From assembly GCA_012295275.1 (NCBI GenBank), contig CM022665.1, positions 14,942,001 to 15,006,000 of the forward strand: a DNA stretch of 64,000 bases, written 5' to 3'. Position 1 is the first letter of the stretch. Every line of letters starts with the position of its first letter. The notes beneath the pieces are model-generated. The model searched no databases. It saw nothing but the letters and a program-made list of their open reading frames with translations, and was not told the DNA's origin. This stretch comes from Chrysomallon squamiferum. Taxonomy: Eukaryota > Animalia > Mollusca. The translations under genes were made by a program, and so were the position numbers. This document shows positions 13,166 through 39,510 of this stretch, piece by piece.

Positions 13166-13660
13166 AGAACATTCATGAATTTTCCAGGTCTGATTACAAT
13201 TTTACCAGTAATTTTCAAGACTTGTCCAGTAATATTAATGATTTTTCCAGTAGTTTTCACTGTTTATGTAATACTGATATCAGTGTTTTCAGTAATTCTC
13301 ATGAAGTGCAGTACTGATAACAATTTTTCCAGTAATGGTCATGAGTTGTGAAGTAATGCAAGTTTTTCTAGTAGTTTTTCTTACCTATACAGTGATGATA
13401 ACAATTTTTCAAATTATTTTCATGACTTGTGCAGTACTGATTACAATTTTTCCAGTAGTTTTCTTTATTTATGCAGCAGTAAGGATAACATTTTTTCCAG
13501 CAATTTTCATGACTTGCACAGTAGTGATGGTTTTTTCCTTAATATTCATGACTGGTGCAGTAATGGCAAGTTTTCCAGCAATTCAGTGCTTGAGCAGTAT
13601 AAATAAGTTTTTCCAGTAATATTCATGATTTGTGCAGTAATGATAACAGTTTTTCCACAC
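13125..13660. repeat. Degenerate ~42-bp minisatellite
   Basis: About 12 diverged units resembling tgtgcagtactgataacaatttttccagtagttttcatgact. Confidence 0.85.
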
Positions 13661-14169
13661 TTAATGTTTTAATATTCCCTTTTTTTTTCAAAAAAAAAAA
13701 AAAAAAAAAAAAAACTTTTATTTTCTTTTCTTTTTTTAAAATAACATTAATAAGGTATAAAATTAATTAAATAAAATGAAACAGTTATCACTAATAATGA
13801 TATATAGGAAATGTTTGTGAGAAAGAAAAATGGTACAGATGGGGAAAAGAAGAAAAATAGCCAAAGAGAGAAGACAGATTTAAAACAAAATATTTTACAT
13901 TATTGGCAATTACTAGCTGTTTAACCATTAATATTTGAGGTGCATAACCAAATATTTAACAATGAAGCTAAATGAATCTAAAATTAACAAAAATACATAT
14001 ATGTGTGTACCTCAGTCCACATTAAGTGATTTTATTTAAATATTTAATAATAAAGAAAAATAAAATTATTTATATACAAAAAAATTCAAAATGTTTAAAA
14101 GACTGTTATAAACTTTATAGAATTATATATTATTAAATCACTGAAAAACCATAGACAATAAAAACTAAC

Positions 14170-25404
<11,235 letters not shown>

Positions 25405-25716
25405 TTTTTACATCAGAAAAATTCAATTTATTTCTGTGTAAAAAACAAGCTGCTTTACGCGATCACGAATCTTGCGAACGGCGCCGAAATATAACATAAC
25501 GGTTTGCGATTGTCGTAAATTGCGAAATTTACATAGATATACATAATTAAATACAATATACACTTCTAAAATAATACAAAATAAATTTGATATTAATTTG
25601 CCAATGTTACTGTAACATTTAAGTGTTTATAAATATTACGACAACAATAACCTATAATGTGTGTATGGAGTATCTTCGAGATATATATTTATTTTCTGTA
25701 TTAAAATAAAGTTCCT
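25405..25716. promoter_or_regulatory. Bidirectional promoter between NPAT and PEX7
   Basis: Divergent ATGs 312 bp apart; local CpG cluster; E2F-like GGCGCCGAAA at 25480-25489; three TTGCGA motifs within 25472-25525. Confidence 0.75.
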
Positions 25717-25939
25717 ATGACCCTATCCTTTAAAACAGAGGCAAGACATGGATACTCTGTGAAGTTTTCGCCTTATTTTCCTCAACGTTTAGCATGTGTG
25801 ACATGTCAGTATTATGGCATTGCAGGTAATAACATTTGTTTTTAAGAAAATACATTTTTATTCGAATGCTGTTTTGTTTAAACTACAACTTCTACACAGA
25901 ACAGCTTACAAGTAATTAGTCATTTGAATGTAAACTAGA

Positions 25940-26034
<95 letters not shown>

Positions 26035-26980
26035 AATGTATTTGATGTATCATTATATGTGTATCGTATATGTACCAGTTTTTATTTTTATTCATTTTAG
26101 GATGTGGTACCTTATTCATTCTCGATCAAACTCCACAAGGACTAAGTGTAATAAAGACATTTGAATGGAGTGATGGTCTTTTTGATTTAGCTTGGGCAGA
26201 AAATAATGAAAATATTTTAGTCACTGGTGCAGGAGATGGTTCTATTCTGGTATGGGATACTGTACAGCCAAAGGTAAATCCAAACATTAAATGAACATTG
26301 TCAGAGGTAGATCTTGATTTAAGAAAAGGATAACACTTTTATTTTGATGGCTATGAAAAGACTTGAACTGAAAATGAGTTCATATTTTTAAAAATCTGAT
26401 TGGCTAAAAACAAGAAAATGAGATAGGTATAATATTATATATGCTATGAGACCCATATCATCCAGCCAAGTTGAAGGGGGAGGCTGATCTCATTAATATT
26501 AACAGGTTCTCAGTCAGCCATGTTGTTGGAAAATCAAAGTAATCTTGCCCTAGACATTTTTAATATATTTTTATTTATCTATTTATTTTTAATTTTTAAT
26601 TAATTTATTTATTTATCATTTTTATATGATTATTATTATTATTTTTTTTTTTTTTTTTTTTTTTTCAAATATGAAATTTACTGCATGCAGTTTTATTATA
26701 AATTATTTATTACAGTGGTTCTCATTTTTATTTCTTAATTTTTTCTTTTCTTTAATTTTCAGGGACCTGTAAGAGCTTTTAAAGAACACACTAAGGAGGT
26801 AATCTGTAAATTAATCTCAGTATATATTTTCTATGTATACTAAGTATTCTGTGTATATTAAGTATATTAAGAACTTGTATAGATCTGAGCTGATAAATTT
26901 TTAATTTTCATTTTTGTGTTTGTGACTCAAAATGACAGTTATTGTCTGAAGAATAATTCATCCATAGAAATTATGGGGAG

Positions 26981-27014
<34 letters not shown>

Positions 27015-30000
27015 AATTGAATCAGCAATTTTTAAAATATTTTTTATTTTAAAAAGTAAATAAAATGAGAATAACAATTTATCATCTAACATTTTAAAAC
27101 AAATTCCACATAACTTATCCAAAAAATAAAATAAATATTAAATTTCTCAGATGTATAAATTAAAGCATTAAATTTGGTAGTTTGTTCATTTAAACCACTT
27201 TTGTTATAAATATACATATAAATTGAGTTAAAAATTCAAATTGCCTTTTTTTTTTTCAGGTTAATTCTGTAGACTGGAGCCTGACTCAGAATGAGAATCT
27301 AGTTCTGTCTGGATCATGGGATAATGAGATTAAACTGGTACATACTAATTTATTTATATATTAATGAATTTAAACCATATATACCATTGTAATCTTAGTT
27401 TATAGCAAAAAATATTATTCCCTTAATATATGGCAAAACATATTTTGGGTGAAGATATGAAAATGTTTTTCCATCATTTTATTTGATGCAGTAATCTTAT
27501 CAGTCATCATATTAGTATTTATAACAATTATCTGTTCACATAATTTATAATTTATTTATTTAAGTATTCAAAATCATGAATTCTTCCTGACACTATCTCT
27601 TTCATAGAATTATTCCTCCAGGATTTAATTTCCTAATATATTTCCAAAGACAAGTATTCTCTGGTATGTATAAGAAACACACAGACACTCGTATACACAC
27701 ACATGCACACATGCACAGACACACACATACACAGAAAGATATACACACTTACAAATACATAGAGTAGCATAAATTATAAAATTGTATTAAACTTGACACA
27801 CAAAAGCTGTTGTTGACATTGTTTCTAAATGTGATTTCAGTGGGATCTACACAGCAGTCACTCTCTGAACACTTACACTGGACATGCATATATTGTATAC
27901 AATGTTGTCTGGTCACCACATATTCCTGGCTGCTTTGCATCGGCTTCTGGTAAATAATTATCCAAGTCAAAATTAAAAGAGACAGAAGATTTTATTTTCT
28001 ATTAATTATCTGTATGAAAATTCAAAGTCACATTATCTATGTGGAAATTAAAAGTTAGATAAGAATTATCTCTTGGAAAATTGTGTGAGGTTTCTAAAAG
28101 TAAAGTCCTTGTGGCTTTATTTATAAATGTTTTTAATTTATGATGTATTATTCAATTGCAGAAGTATTTAGTTTAATATAAAAAAAATGCAATACATCTT
28201 ACATATATTTTTGTAGTTTATTTTATTTCATTTATTTTTTTTATGCAACTATTCTAAAATATACAAATGTCTGTTTTTTCTAAAGAATTTCTAATTTAAA
28301 TTTGTTTTGTATTTGAATATTTACAAACATGGATTAAATATAAATAATATTTGTTACAGGTGACCACACATTACGAGTATGGGATGCCAGACAAGGCACA
28401 TTTGCCAGTACAGTGATACCAGCACATGAAGGCGAGGTCCTTACCTGCGACTGGTGTAAATATGATCAGGTGTGAACAAGGGTTGAGACTGAGATAATGA
28501 TAGGCATAACTGATAGTTTGATTCCATAGCATCAGACATTTATTTCATACATTTTCTTATTAAACAGGAAGTCTCCAAGTTTCATTCCTTATTTATCATA
28601 AACTTTGATCTTTGACTGTTTTGAGTGTCTGAGTCAGTTATTAACATCCAGTCCTTAGAATTAAATAAATGTAAAAATAATGTTTAAACTGTTTCAGAAT
28701 TTGCTGTTCAGTGGAAGTGTTAATACCTCAATCCGAGGATGGGATCTAAGAAATACAAGGATACCTATGTGTGAACTGAAAGGACACCAGTATGCAGTTC
28801 GCAGAATTAGGGTAATTTCATGTTTTACATTTCAGTTCCTTCTCTATTTCTTTTTTAATTCTTCTTTTTTGTTTATTATTGTGAAAACTGATTCTTCAGT
28901 GAAAAAAGTATTCATCAAAGAGTGAATGTTACAAGATCATTTCTCCTTGCACTTTATCATCTTCCAGCCAATGCCCTTCAACTTATGTATTATAAACTTT
29001 CATATCTTTGAATTATACATATAAAAGATATCTAACTGGTAATTGGTAAGAGCTGCATACAAAATGGCTGTAGTGGATTTAATAGTATCTATATTAAAAC
29101 ATTTTAAAACCTGATAAAAGACTATGATAAAACATTTCTGAGATATTATTACACCAGCATTCATTGTCATTATAAATACAAATTGATGAAATCACATAAA
29201 GAGGATTAACTTTTATTATTTCAATAAAAAGTAAAGTACAATTATAAACAAAAATTTATAAATTTCTTTTATAACAAATTTTTTTTTTTACTTTTTTTTT
29301 ACAGACATCACAATTTGTTATTAATTTTAATAAGATCAAAGTAAAATTTTAAAAATTAAATAAATTATAGATAGTAAAACAAAATTTTTTTTTTTTTTTT
29401 TTTTTTAATTTTTACTTCTTTTACAGACATCACCTTTTGTAAAGACAATGTTAGCATCTTGTTCCTATGACTTTACAGTCAGGTAATTTCAATTTTCTTT
29501 TTATAGAAAAGTTAACTTAATTCAAATAGGCTTTAAATTAAAGATGTTAGCATGTATAATCTGATATTGGCTGAAACTTGAAGACTTAAAAATTTAGAAA
29601 TACGGCTTTCACTGGGTAATTAAAAATAGCTCCCAGCAAAATTAACAAGACCAGTAGTTGTACTGCCACCTCACAGAGGGCAGTACATACCAGACATTTT
29701 ACTGGGAGTATCAGTGGGTGTGTCTGCTTCTCACAGCATAACAGCAAATTTGTTTAAGACCATGGTTTAAATTTGGTTTCTGCAGTTAACCCTAATAAAA
29801 TTATGAGAGGGTGTATTCACTTATCACAAGGAAAAGGGTTTATACTGTTTACGTTCTTTATTAGATCTTTTTTAAAATAAAATTTCCTATTAAAGATTCT
29901 TTCTTTTATCATTATTATTCACCTGACAGTCAGTGATGCCAAAACAAATATGCTTGTTGTAGCTGTTTAAGTATCAACATAACTAATGCTTTTATTCTGG

Positions 30001-31394
30001 GAACGAAATTATTTTCAAACAATTTTGTGAAATGGCACTCTCATCTACAATTATTGTTCTGAAAGATTTTATTTACCAAGCTTTACGATAAACAAAATTA
30101 AACACTGCTTCAAATGTTAATTTAAAATCAGTCAGATTATTTTTTTTATTTTTTTTAAACTAAACAAGAAATTAAATTGAAGAGAACATTTAGTTGCATC
30201 AGTATATCCTAAAAGTAACAGATATAAAAATAAAAAAATAATAATGTTATGAAAAATTTAATGTTTTTATATTTATTTCTGTTTCAGGCTGTGGGATTTC
30301 ACAAAACCAAATGCCACAGAAATTATTTCTCACCACACAGAATTTGTCTATGGCTTGGATTTTAATTTGCATGTTCCTGGACAGGTATAAAGTGATGACA
30401 AATTAAAAATATTCTTTTAAAAATTATTTAACTATATTTATCACCCTAACACAGCTAAATACTGTTTCAAGTTGCCTAAATTGTGATATTTATATAAATA
30501 TACGTATTTAGGTATGTGACGACATCCTGTATCATGCCAAGAAGTTTTTGTTTCAGTCGCTAGTATAAGCTTCTGGTAAAGAACTGCTTCCAGAATTGGC
30601 TTTCATTGTTCTTTGCATTGTTATTAACAAATGTCATAATTTTATGGATAATATACAGGCCTATCATTTGTCTTGCTGTGATATTTTTCAAAACCATAAT
30701 GCCTAATTTCCAGATTTTTCTGCCAAAGTTTCTGCATTAGTGGTCACGAAAACCATCCCCAATTATACAGATGATGGGTAAAATGTTCTTTCAAACCATT
30801 ATAACAAGTTTCTTTGATTATTTAGTGATCTACTTGCTAAATTTAATGGAAATTGATCAATTACCAATCACTCTGCCAAGCAGCACCTTGATCAATGTTT
30901 ACATTGTAACTGATTATAAAACCATAAAAACAGTATCAGATTTTTTAGTATCTTAAGAAGCTGTTTATGGATAGTATTTCATTCAGTTAGTTTTTATTGA
31001 GCGAATATCTCATAATTAATGATTATCCTTTTGAGCTAAAAAATTGAGCTATGTCAAACTGGGTCACATGACTAATTTCCTGCATCCTTATTAGTTAATG
31101 TCCTCTATTTACAATAATAAATGCATTTATTTTTTACTAAAAAATAACTTTTGGGTTCGTGGAATATTCAATGTTTTACCTTTATCAAGTTTTATTTAAA
31201 TTCTTTAATAAATAATTTGCAGTTTCTTGAGCAAGAAATGTTGGTCATAAATCAGGTTAGGTGCTGTTTTTTAACCAATTAAGACAAAAGCCAAAATGTG
31301 GCAAATTAGGCAACATTTAAATTGCCATAAGTGACTGTGTAATGGTCATAAAAAAGGGATTTACTTACCATTGGAAAGATCTTTTTCGTGACTT

Positions 31395-31425
<31 letters not shown>

Positions 31426-31779
31426 TTTTCGTCACATACTTACATAATTAAATTATCGGTACATTATCAAAATATAAAAAAATAAAACTTGATAATAATT
31501 CACCTGCAGATCTGGAGCATCAAATACTGCATTGCCACATTGTTCTTTTTAGTAAAATACATTTATTCATTTGAATATACTGATCAAAAATCTTTGTTAT
31601 TAGTAGTAACCTAGCTATGATGAATGAATTTAAAATAATCCAATGTTTCTGTTTTATTTGTTGTTACCATGTACTGTTTATAAGACATTTAAAATGTTTT
31701 AAATTTACAGATAGCAGACTGCAGCTGGGATGAATTTGTCAAGGTTTACCAAACAGCATGTACTCCTGTCATCAGCTAA
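25717..31779 (+). CDS. PEX7: Peroxisomal targeting signal 2 receptor (WD40), 10 exons, about 316 aa
   Basis: Exons 25717-25825, 26101-26273, 26763-26798, 27260-27337, 27841-27949, 28360-28469, 28698-28811, 29427-29482, 30288-30384, 31711-31779 (951 nt). Translation [118 protein letters not shown] is characteristic of PEX7. Confidence 0.97.
25944..26030. repeat. (CT)n microsatellite in PEX7 intron 1
   Basis: About 43 CT units. Confidence 0.97.
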
Positions 31780-32818
31780 ATAAATCAGTGTGTGTGTGTG
31801 TGTGTGCATTCATTCATATTTCTGTTTACCTCACTGTGTATACAAATATGTGTGTGTGTGTGTGCATGTGTGTGTGTGCATGCATGCATATCAGTGACTT
31901 TGTGACACTATTTTGTTTCACATATTTGCTGTTGAAACAAACAGTTCAGTGATTTTCAAGATTAGGTTAATTTTACTGCTCTCTCTCTCTCTCTATATAT
32001 ATACATCATATATATAATGACAGAATGCTGCATTTATGAAATAAAGCTTAAATCCTTTATGCACAGAATCACAAGGGGTCATTAATTTAAAGGCATTTTA
32101 AAAAAAAAATTATTTATTACAATTGTAATTGGAGCTTTTGTAACTTAACACTGAACATTCATTGATTTTCCTTTAATGTTTGAATTATTCATTTTAATAT
32201 CAGATTTTCATCATATGGAATATTTATGATCTTTAATGCACTGTTACCAATTTTTTTTAAATGTATATAAAATTAACAAAATTAATATAGTTGTTGTTTT
32301 TTTTGGTTTTTTTTTTTTTTTTTTTTTTTCACACATAAGGATAAATCAATTCACATGTACTTCCTCTGTGTATGTAAGGGCACAGTGTGTGTGTGCATAT
32401 ACAAACTTGTATAGTATGTGTTTGTGTGAGCAGTGGTGTGTTTATATGTATATATGTATGTACACGTAATAGTACAAATACATACATATAGAGATACTTG
32501 GAACATTTTTTTTTAAAAACCTGTAACAGTATATGTGTGTATTTCTAGTCACTTCACTTTTAAGGTTTCATAGGTTTTTGAATTTTTCATCTACAGGTTT
32601 GTTTATCTTAATATCTCCCAGTTAAATCCATACCTTTTATAATTATCTGTCCCTGTATTTTGAGCCAAGTAAACATTTTATCTTCAGTGATAAGAACAGC
32701 TGCCAGTCTTTCTAGAGGAAACAGAGGAGTCAGCCATATACAAGAAACCTGATAAACATTTATCAATTATTAGCTTTAAAACTTTATAGTGTAAATATTT
32801 ATTCAGTTTGTTCACAGC

Positions 32819-32850
<32 letters not shown>

Positions 32851-33922
32851 CTTTTTTTCCTTTTTAACGGTGGCTTTTCTTTCATTTGTCAGTCCGTTTC
32901 ATTTTTTTTTTATTCAATATTTTCATGGAAATTTGTTTATCTTCATAAAGAATAAAATAAAGCATCACATAATCATACAGACAACATTTATAATCAAGAA
33001 TATATACTTTTTATTCAAAAATTAGTAACAAAAGATTAAAATGAACATTTGTTTGAATTATTTATTTTATTACAACAAACACACACACATTATTTATATA
33101 TATATATATCTTTAATGTAAATTAATAATACATCTAACAATCTGGGCCTTTTTTGTTTTCATTAACATAATGAACAAAATGTTACATAAGTTACTAACAA
33201 AAAGCCTTAATGTATGGAATTTTATTTTTACATTTTACTAAAACATATAATTGATGTATATGGTTATGTCTAGAACTAGTAGGTTAGGGAGTGAGAAGTT
33301 ATAAACATTATATGTTCAGTTTCTTTAATTGCACACACACACACACACACACTCTTTATTTTTATTTTTAATTTTAATTTTAATTTTAATTTTAATTTTT
33401 CTAAATTTATTTACATTGTAATATGCATAGTTTGTTAAAACTGTTGTATTAATAAATGTGCCGTATCTGTGGTTAAATGTTAAATTTTGTGGTTTTATTT
33501 TTTGTTTTTTATTATTATTATATATTTTTCATATTTTTTATTTTTTTTATGCATTTAAAAATATCTAATGCATTAATGTTGAATATCTTCTTTAAAATCA
33601 AAGAAGACCTAAAACAGAAATCTATCCAGTTTTTTGTTCTATGAATTATTCTGCAAAATATTAAAAAAAAAAAAACTTGAAACAAGGGCATAAAACAAAT
33701 AACAAATTCAATACAAATTTAACAACTCAACAAAACAAAGAAAAAATGTTAAATTTACATATAACAGGTATAATTGACTGCAAATCAAATGAGTAAAATA
33801 AATCTAAAAGAAATAACATTATATAAATTCACTGTTTATAAAAGTCTTGTTCTCAATTATTCTGAAGCTGATAAACAAGTATACAGTTTGACATAAAAAA
33901 AATAAATTCTTTTTCAAATTAC

Positions 33923-33958
<36 letters not shown>

Positions 33959-34619
33959 GCATAAATAGTTTTTTTTCTAAGTCTATAGTTGTTATCAGCT
34001 TTAGAAATGTAGAGAATTGGATTTATTAACCTAGCATATTAAATGTTATTTTAAATGTTCCACTATTTTGATATGTTAATCTCCAATCAAAATAATTTGA
34101 TTTCTCAGTTTTGCCTGTATTAATTAAAATAGTGTCTTCTGCTTCCTTGAAACATATCAGTTTCAGATCTTGTAGTTTAATAAACTGAGGTTATGCAGAA
34201 CTGGGACTGGTTCAGGATTTCTGATATGAGGTGACATCACTCTAGGGATGTAACAGTCACAATGGAAAAATATGGAGAATTTTGGTCAACACACATCCAT
34301 GTATATAAAATAATATAAAATAGTATGCAACTTGAACGTTACACACAATATTAGTTAAATGTAAAAGCAAAAGGTTAAAATTTTTAATGTTAGAAAAATA
34401 TAAACAAGTAAATAACCTGAAAATAGTAATGATAATAAATAAAAACTGGTACTGTTAGGAAAAAAACAAAAACATCAAATAAGTAACCTCAACATTTTTA
34501 AAGAAAAAAAAACAACAAAAAAAAGTTAACAAACTAACTTTTATATTAGAACATATTATAAAAGGAAAAACGTTTTTATATTTGTAATAGAAAGGAAGCC
34601 AAAAAGGCTGTAAGACGTT

Positions 34620-37600
34620 CTATTCCTTAAGCTTAGAAGTAGGCACGTTATGAAAGAGGTATAAATCATTGGCCATGGCATCGCTTACATTCCTTGACCT
34701 AGCCATCTTCTGAAAAGTAAAACGAACAAAGAAAAATTATCACTTTTTGCTTTAACTGATTCAAAATATTTTATGTACAAATTTTGAATGATACTCCTGT
34801 ATTATTTCAAACTTTCAGGACTGTTTAAAATGTATACCTAAAGTGTATGAATAACAACCTATGTGCATTGTGTAAACAGTAGATTGTTTTTACTTTGTTG
34901 TATGAATCCATCCTTTGCTAACAATAAAGTAAACCAATATGTAACTATAAATCACAATACTGGTTATTTATGGTAAAGATAAAAAGCAGCAATGAATAAG
35001 TCATTAACAAATGGGCAGAACATGATTATTATTTCTTATGGGAAGGATTGTTTGTGGAAGGAATTCATATTTTTTCCACTTTTGTAATTAGAAACATGCC
35101 TTTAACAAAAAAATATTTTTAAAAAACTGTAGAAAGAACTGAGGAAAAGATTTTTCATATGGCAATATTTTCACTTCAGCTATTTTTGTAACTGCAGGTG
35201 TTAAATGTAATACCTCAATCACCCCTGTTTTGCACTACATACCTTTGATCCCTTCTTCCTTCCAGCAGAGCCTGCTGATGTGGCATTATCCTCATATTCC
35301 CCTTCTTCATCACTGTAAGTTGTCCCCTGACATGAATGCATCATTTCAGCCTGAATAATGAGTGAAACAATCATTTGGAATGGTTACCAAGCAAGACCTA
35401 CAAACCATTATGGTACCCAGTGTTGTTTTTTTTGTTACATTTAAGTTGAGAATCATTACCCATTGTTTAATGCATTCCTTTGTCATAATTATAAAAATTG
35501 TTTAAAGTTAAAAGAGGAGAAAAAATAGAAGTGAAAAAAATTAAAACCTAATTTGACAAATAAATCAGTCTCTGATAATGAACTTTCTTGTCCAGTTAAG
35601 TATAGTTATATATATATATAAATGAATGGTTAATATTATTAATATCTGAACCAAAACTCAGTCCAAAAGATATATATGGAGATATAGGTAAAAAGAAAGA
35701 ATGCTTTATTTAATCAAATGTTGTATGGAAAATGGCCGTCATTTTCGCAGATTCCTTCTGACAATTTTATGCCAAAAAATATATATGTTTTTTTTTTTAT
35801 TGTTGTTTTGTGTTTTTTTTAAATCTAACCATATAACTCTGATTTTAGAATAGGTGGAATGTCATTATGTTGTGCATGTCTAACCTAAAACAAGATTTTA
35901 TATATATATATATATAAACAATTTGATTTGAATAGAAAATTATCAGAGTAAGCAAACGATGATAAAATGGAAAGAAAAACAAAAAAGTAAATCATACCTG
36001 CTGTGCTCTTCCGACTACATTTTCAACAGAACTTAATTTTGAAAATATTCTTCTATACCATGTCTTCTTCTGGGGAGTAGCTTTTCTGAAAAATAAATAG
36101 AGCTTTTCATGTGAATTTACAGACATAGAGTAAATCTGTTATATTATAAATATATTTCCAAAATGGTAAAATAAATTTATTATGCCAGATATGAATAATG
36201 CAAGTAAAATAATTTTATTACACAAACTTGATAAGGAATTTATGGACAAAACAATAAACAAGATAAAATGTTATCAATAATAAAATAACTTTTATCATAT
36301 GTAAGGAATGTATAGACAAAACAGCAGATGAATGAATGGATGTATGACTATGCAATGTCTCCTTTAGATTTTAATTATATAATAATTTTCATGGATAAAG
36401 CAGCTGTTGTGTGTGTTTTTTTACATTTTTATATATATAAATATATAAATGTATAATGGGTTATGTTATCAGTTTGCAACAGTGCATCATTTATATGCAA
36501 AGTCATGAAACCTTTTTCAGTAAGTAAGTACCAGGGAAATGGGTGGAATAGAAATAATCACTGAAGTGGACTGTTCTTTCAACCCATCACTCTTCAAGCT
36601 CTATTGAGCTACAAGCCAACTCCCTGGATGAAGATCTGCTTCAACAAGAGCGTTTTAAGATTAAAAACAGTGAAATGAAGACTTACGATGCCCTCCATGC
36701 CAGTCTTTGGTTCATCAGAACAGTGCCTCGGGCTGTGGTGTATTCTCCTTCCAGGGCAAGCTGAGCTGCCTGCTGTGCTGTGTGTAACCCAACCACATCT
36801 AGATTTACATCTGTACAAAGCATTATTAAGAATGGCTTTATTATTATTTCATGGCTTTTATTATTATTATTATTATTATTTTTTTTTTTTTGCTTTGTTA
36901 CTTTATTTTATTTTATTTCTGATTTTATTAGTATTATTACAATTAATACCATTATCACTACTATAAATGATATCACGGTACTGTTACTTTATTAACCAAT
37001 TTTTAATATTACTACTATTACTACTACATCTTTGCAAACAACTATCAAATTAATCTTATTTTTAAATTTAAATAATAAACCTTATTATAAATAAGGAAAC
37101 AATAATCTATACCCGCCAACCAAAATTTACCCCCGTGGTCAGCTACAAACCCACAAAACAAATCTTACATTTTTCAGCCACTGTCCTGTCTTGTGTGACT
37201 GGTTTCACCTGCGTGAGGACTCTTAGTGCCTTCATGCCATCAGTGTCAGTGTATTGTACCTGTATCTGAAAGGGCAGTTGATGAGGTTGGTCTTCTTTAG
37301 GAGGAGATTTAAACTGTTTGGTTGAGCTACTCATTCCTGAGCTGGCCTCAGCACTACTCTGTTCTCCTTCCATAGGAGACGGTCCTTCAGGTAATGCATC
37401 AGTAGTAGTTGTATCTTCAGCTGCTGCACCTTTGTTCTTTGTCTGTGAGGATGCCTTTCTTTTATCTAAAACCAAAGATTTAAAGTAAATGTTTCTGCTA
37501 ACACTTATGTATAGGATGTGCCCATGGCTGGCAAAATTTATTTATCTTACAGTCAGTTTCTATTGTAAGTGTATTTGAAGTGTGAAATATGAACATGTTT

Positions 37601-39472
37601 ATTCACATAGTCCAGTGGACAGAAATTCTTGTTTGAATAAAGTGATGGAGAATTGTAAACGTTATGTCAGTGTAAGAATATGTTCAGATGGTTGACTGAA
37701 TGAAATCTAACCTTGGGAATATGTTTTCTTTCCTTTCGACTTTTTCATGGCATACTCGAATGTTATTTCCGTCTCTGTTGTACAGTTCCCAATATCTCGA
37801 ACAACTCTACTCTCTTTGTTTTCTGGATTATTTTTATCCACTATGTACCTTTTAAAAATAACCAAACCATTTCTTGTTATAATTTATAGTATTTATCATT
37901 TATAGTGAAAGTGACATTTGTTAAAGTAATAGTTGTAATAGAAGTATAGTAGCAGAAGAAACAGCAGAGGTAGCAATAGTAGTAGTAACAGTAGAGTAAC
38001 TGTAGTAGTAGTAATAGTAATAGTAACAATGTAAGTAATAGTAGTAGTAGAACCAACAATAGACATAATGGTAATGCTAATGGAAGTAATAGTAGTACAT
38101 ATAGTACAGTAACAGTAGCAGTAATAGTTGATGACAAATAGTAACAATTTGGGATTGTGTTGATGGGGTGGTTGACATATTAATGTAGAAAATATATTAT
38201 GGCTAATTTTTTCATACTTTTAGTAATTCTTTTATAATGCTATTGTTTTCCTTATTTATTTTTTTCCTTGTTGTTTCTATTTCTCTTATTATTTATTGTT
38301 GCTGTTTTGGGTGTTTTGTTTATTTCAATAAAATGAAAGATAAAATATTGAAATAATAAAAACAGGTTTTCCAAATAACTGCCTTTTCATAGGTAAGTAT
38401 ACTTATGATATAAGATAGTACTTACAACTGTTTGTGTAGAATGAAGGTAGCATAGACATTAGTGGCAACTATCTGTCCAGCAAGTATGTTGCTGAATTCT
38501 TCCATCAGTTTCAGAGGATCAACAATATTGACCTAAATTTTTTTTTAAACTTTGCTGTAATATTTTGTCAATTTCTGTTGTAACATACAAATATACACAT
38601 ATACATACATACAAACTGGCAGACACATAATAACAATTTATATACAGTAAACTCTCTCAAAATTGAATTCTCTTTATGGACATGTAACAACATGTATGTG
38701 TATTTCAAACCTTGAGATTAACATATACACAGTATCTGGAATGTCATATATGGTCCCAAATAGAATATTATATATATTTATATTTTGTACATTTTCTTTG
38801 AAACTGAAGAAAACTTCTTATTAAAAAAAATTGAAGAAAAAAAAGTTATTATTCATGTCTTTCGTCAGTGCAGTGTCCTTGTAGACTAACTGTCTAACTA
38901 AAATTACCAGTGAGCTATGTTGTATTCTAAATTAGAACATCAAATATCTATTTTTATTACAACTCATATTAACTAACTGTTAACTAACCAGTATTTTCAA
39001 ATGAAAATCATTTAATCCATTAGTGGTGACTCCAAAACCAGTTTTGATTAAAAACTGGTAAGACTAAATATGGGACTATATACATATTATATATATATAT
39101 ATATATAGACATGGAATAAGATTTGGCATGATTTCAAATTAACAACATTTCTTGTTATTTTAAGCAGAAAATAATTCCAAATATACCATGGATAAATCAT
39201 ATTTCTTGGGACATCTAGTATGACAACCACTGAACATTTCCAAGTATTATCCACACTGTCTGACTTTGTTTAAGGAAACAAAACTTACTGAATACCAAGC
39301 AGTCAATAGCTACAGACTTTTTCTGTTTACTCTGAATTTTTTCTTACACAAGATAGAGCCTGTATTTATATAAATTATGTTGTATTTCAATTTACTGGTG
39401 ATGATAAACTTTAATTGAATTCATCAAATTCTTAATAAAAACAGCAAACAATGGTTAGTTGGGTTTTTTGTC

Positions 39473-39510
<38 letters not shown>

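Noticed and set aside
13125-13660. Regular ~42-bp periodicity as a CRISPR-like array
   Set aside because: Units are contiguous and degenerate along their whole length, with no constant repeat plus unique spacer and no cas genes; the context is eukaryotic.
36688-38147. Poly-Leu/Tyr/Thr ORFs at 36688-36995 and 37877-38147
   Set aside because: Translations of trinucleotide tracts or antisense to true exons.
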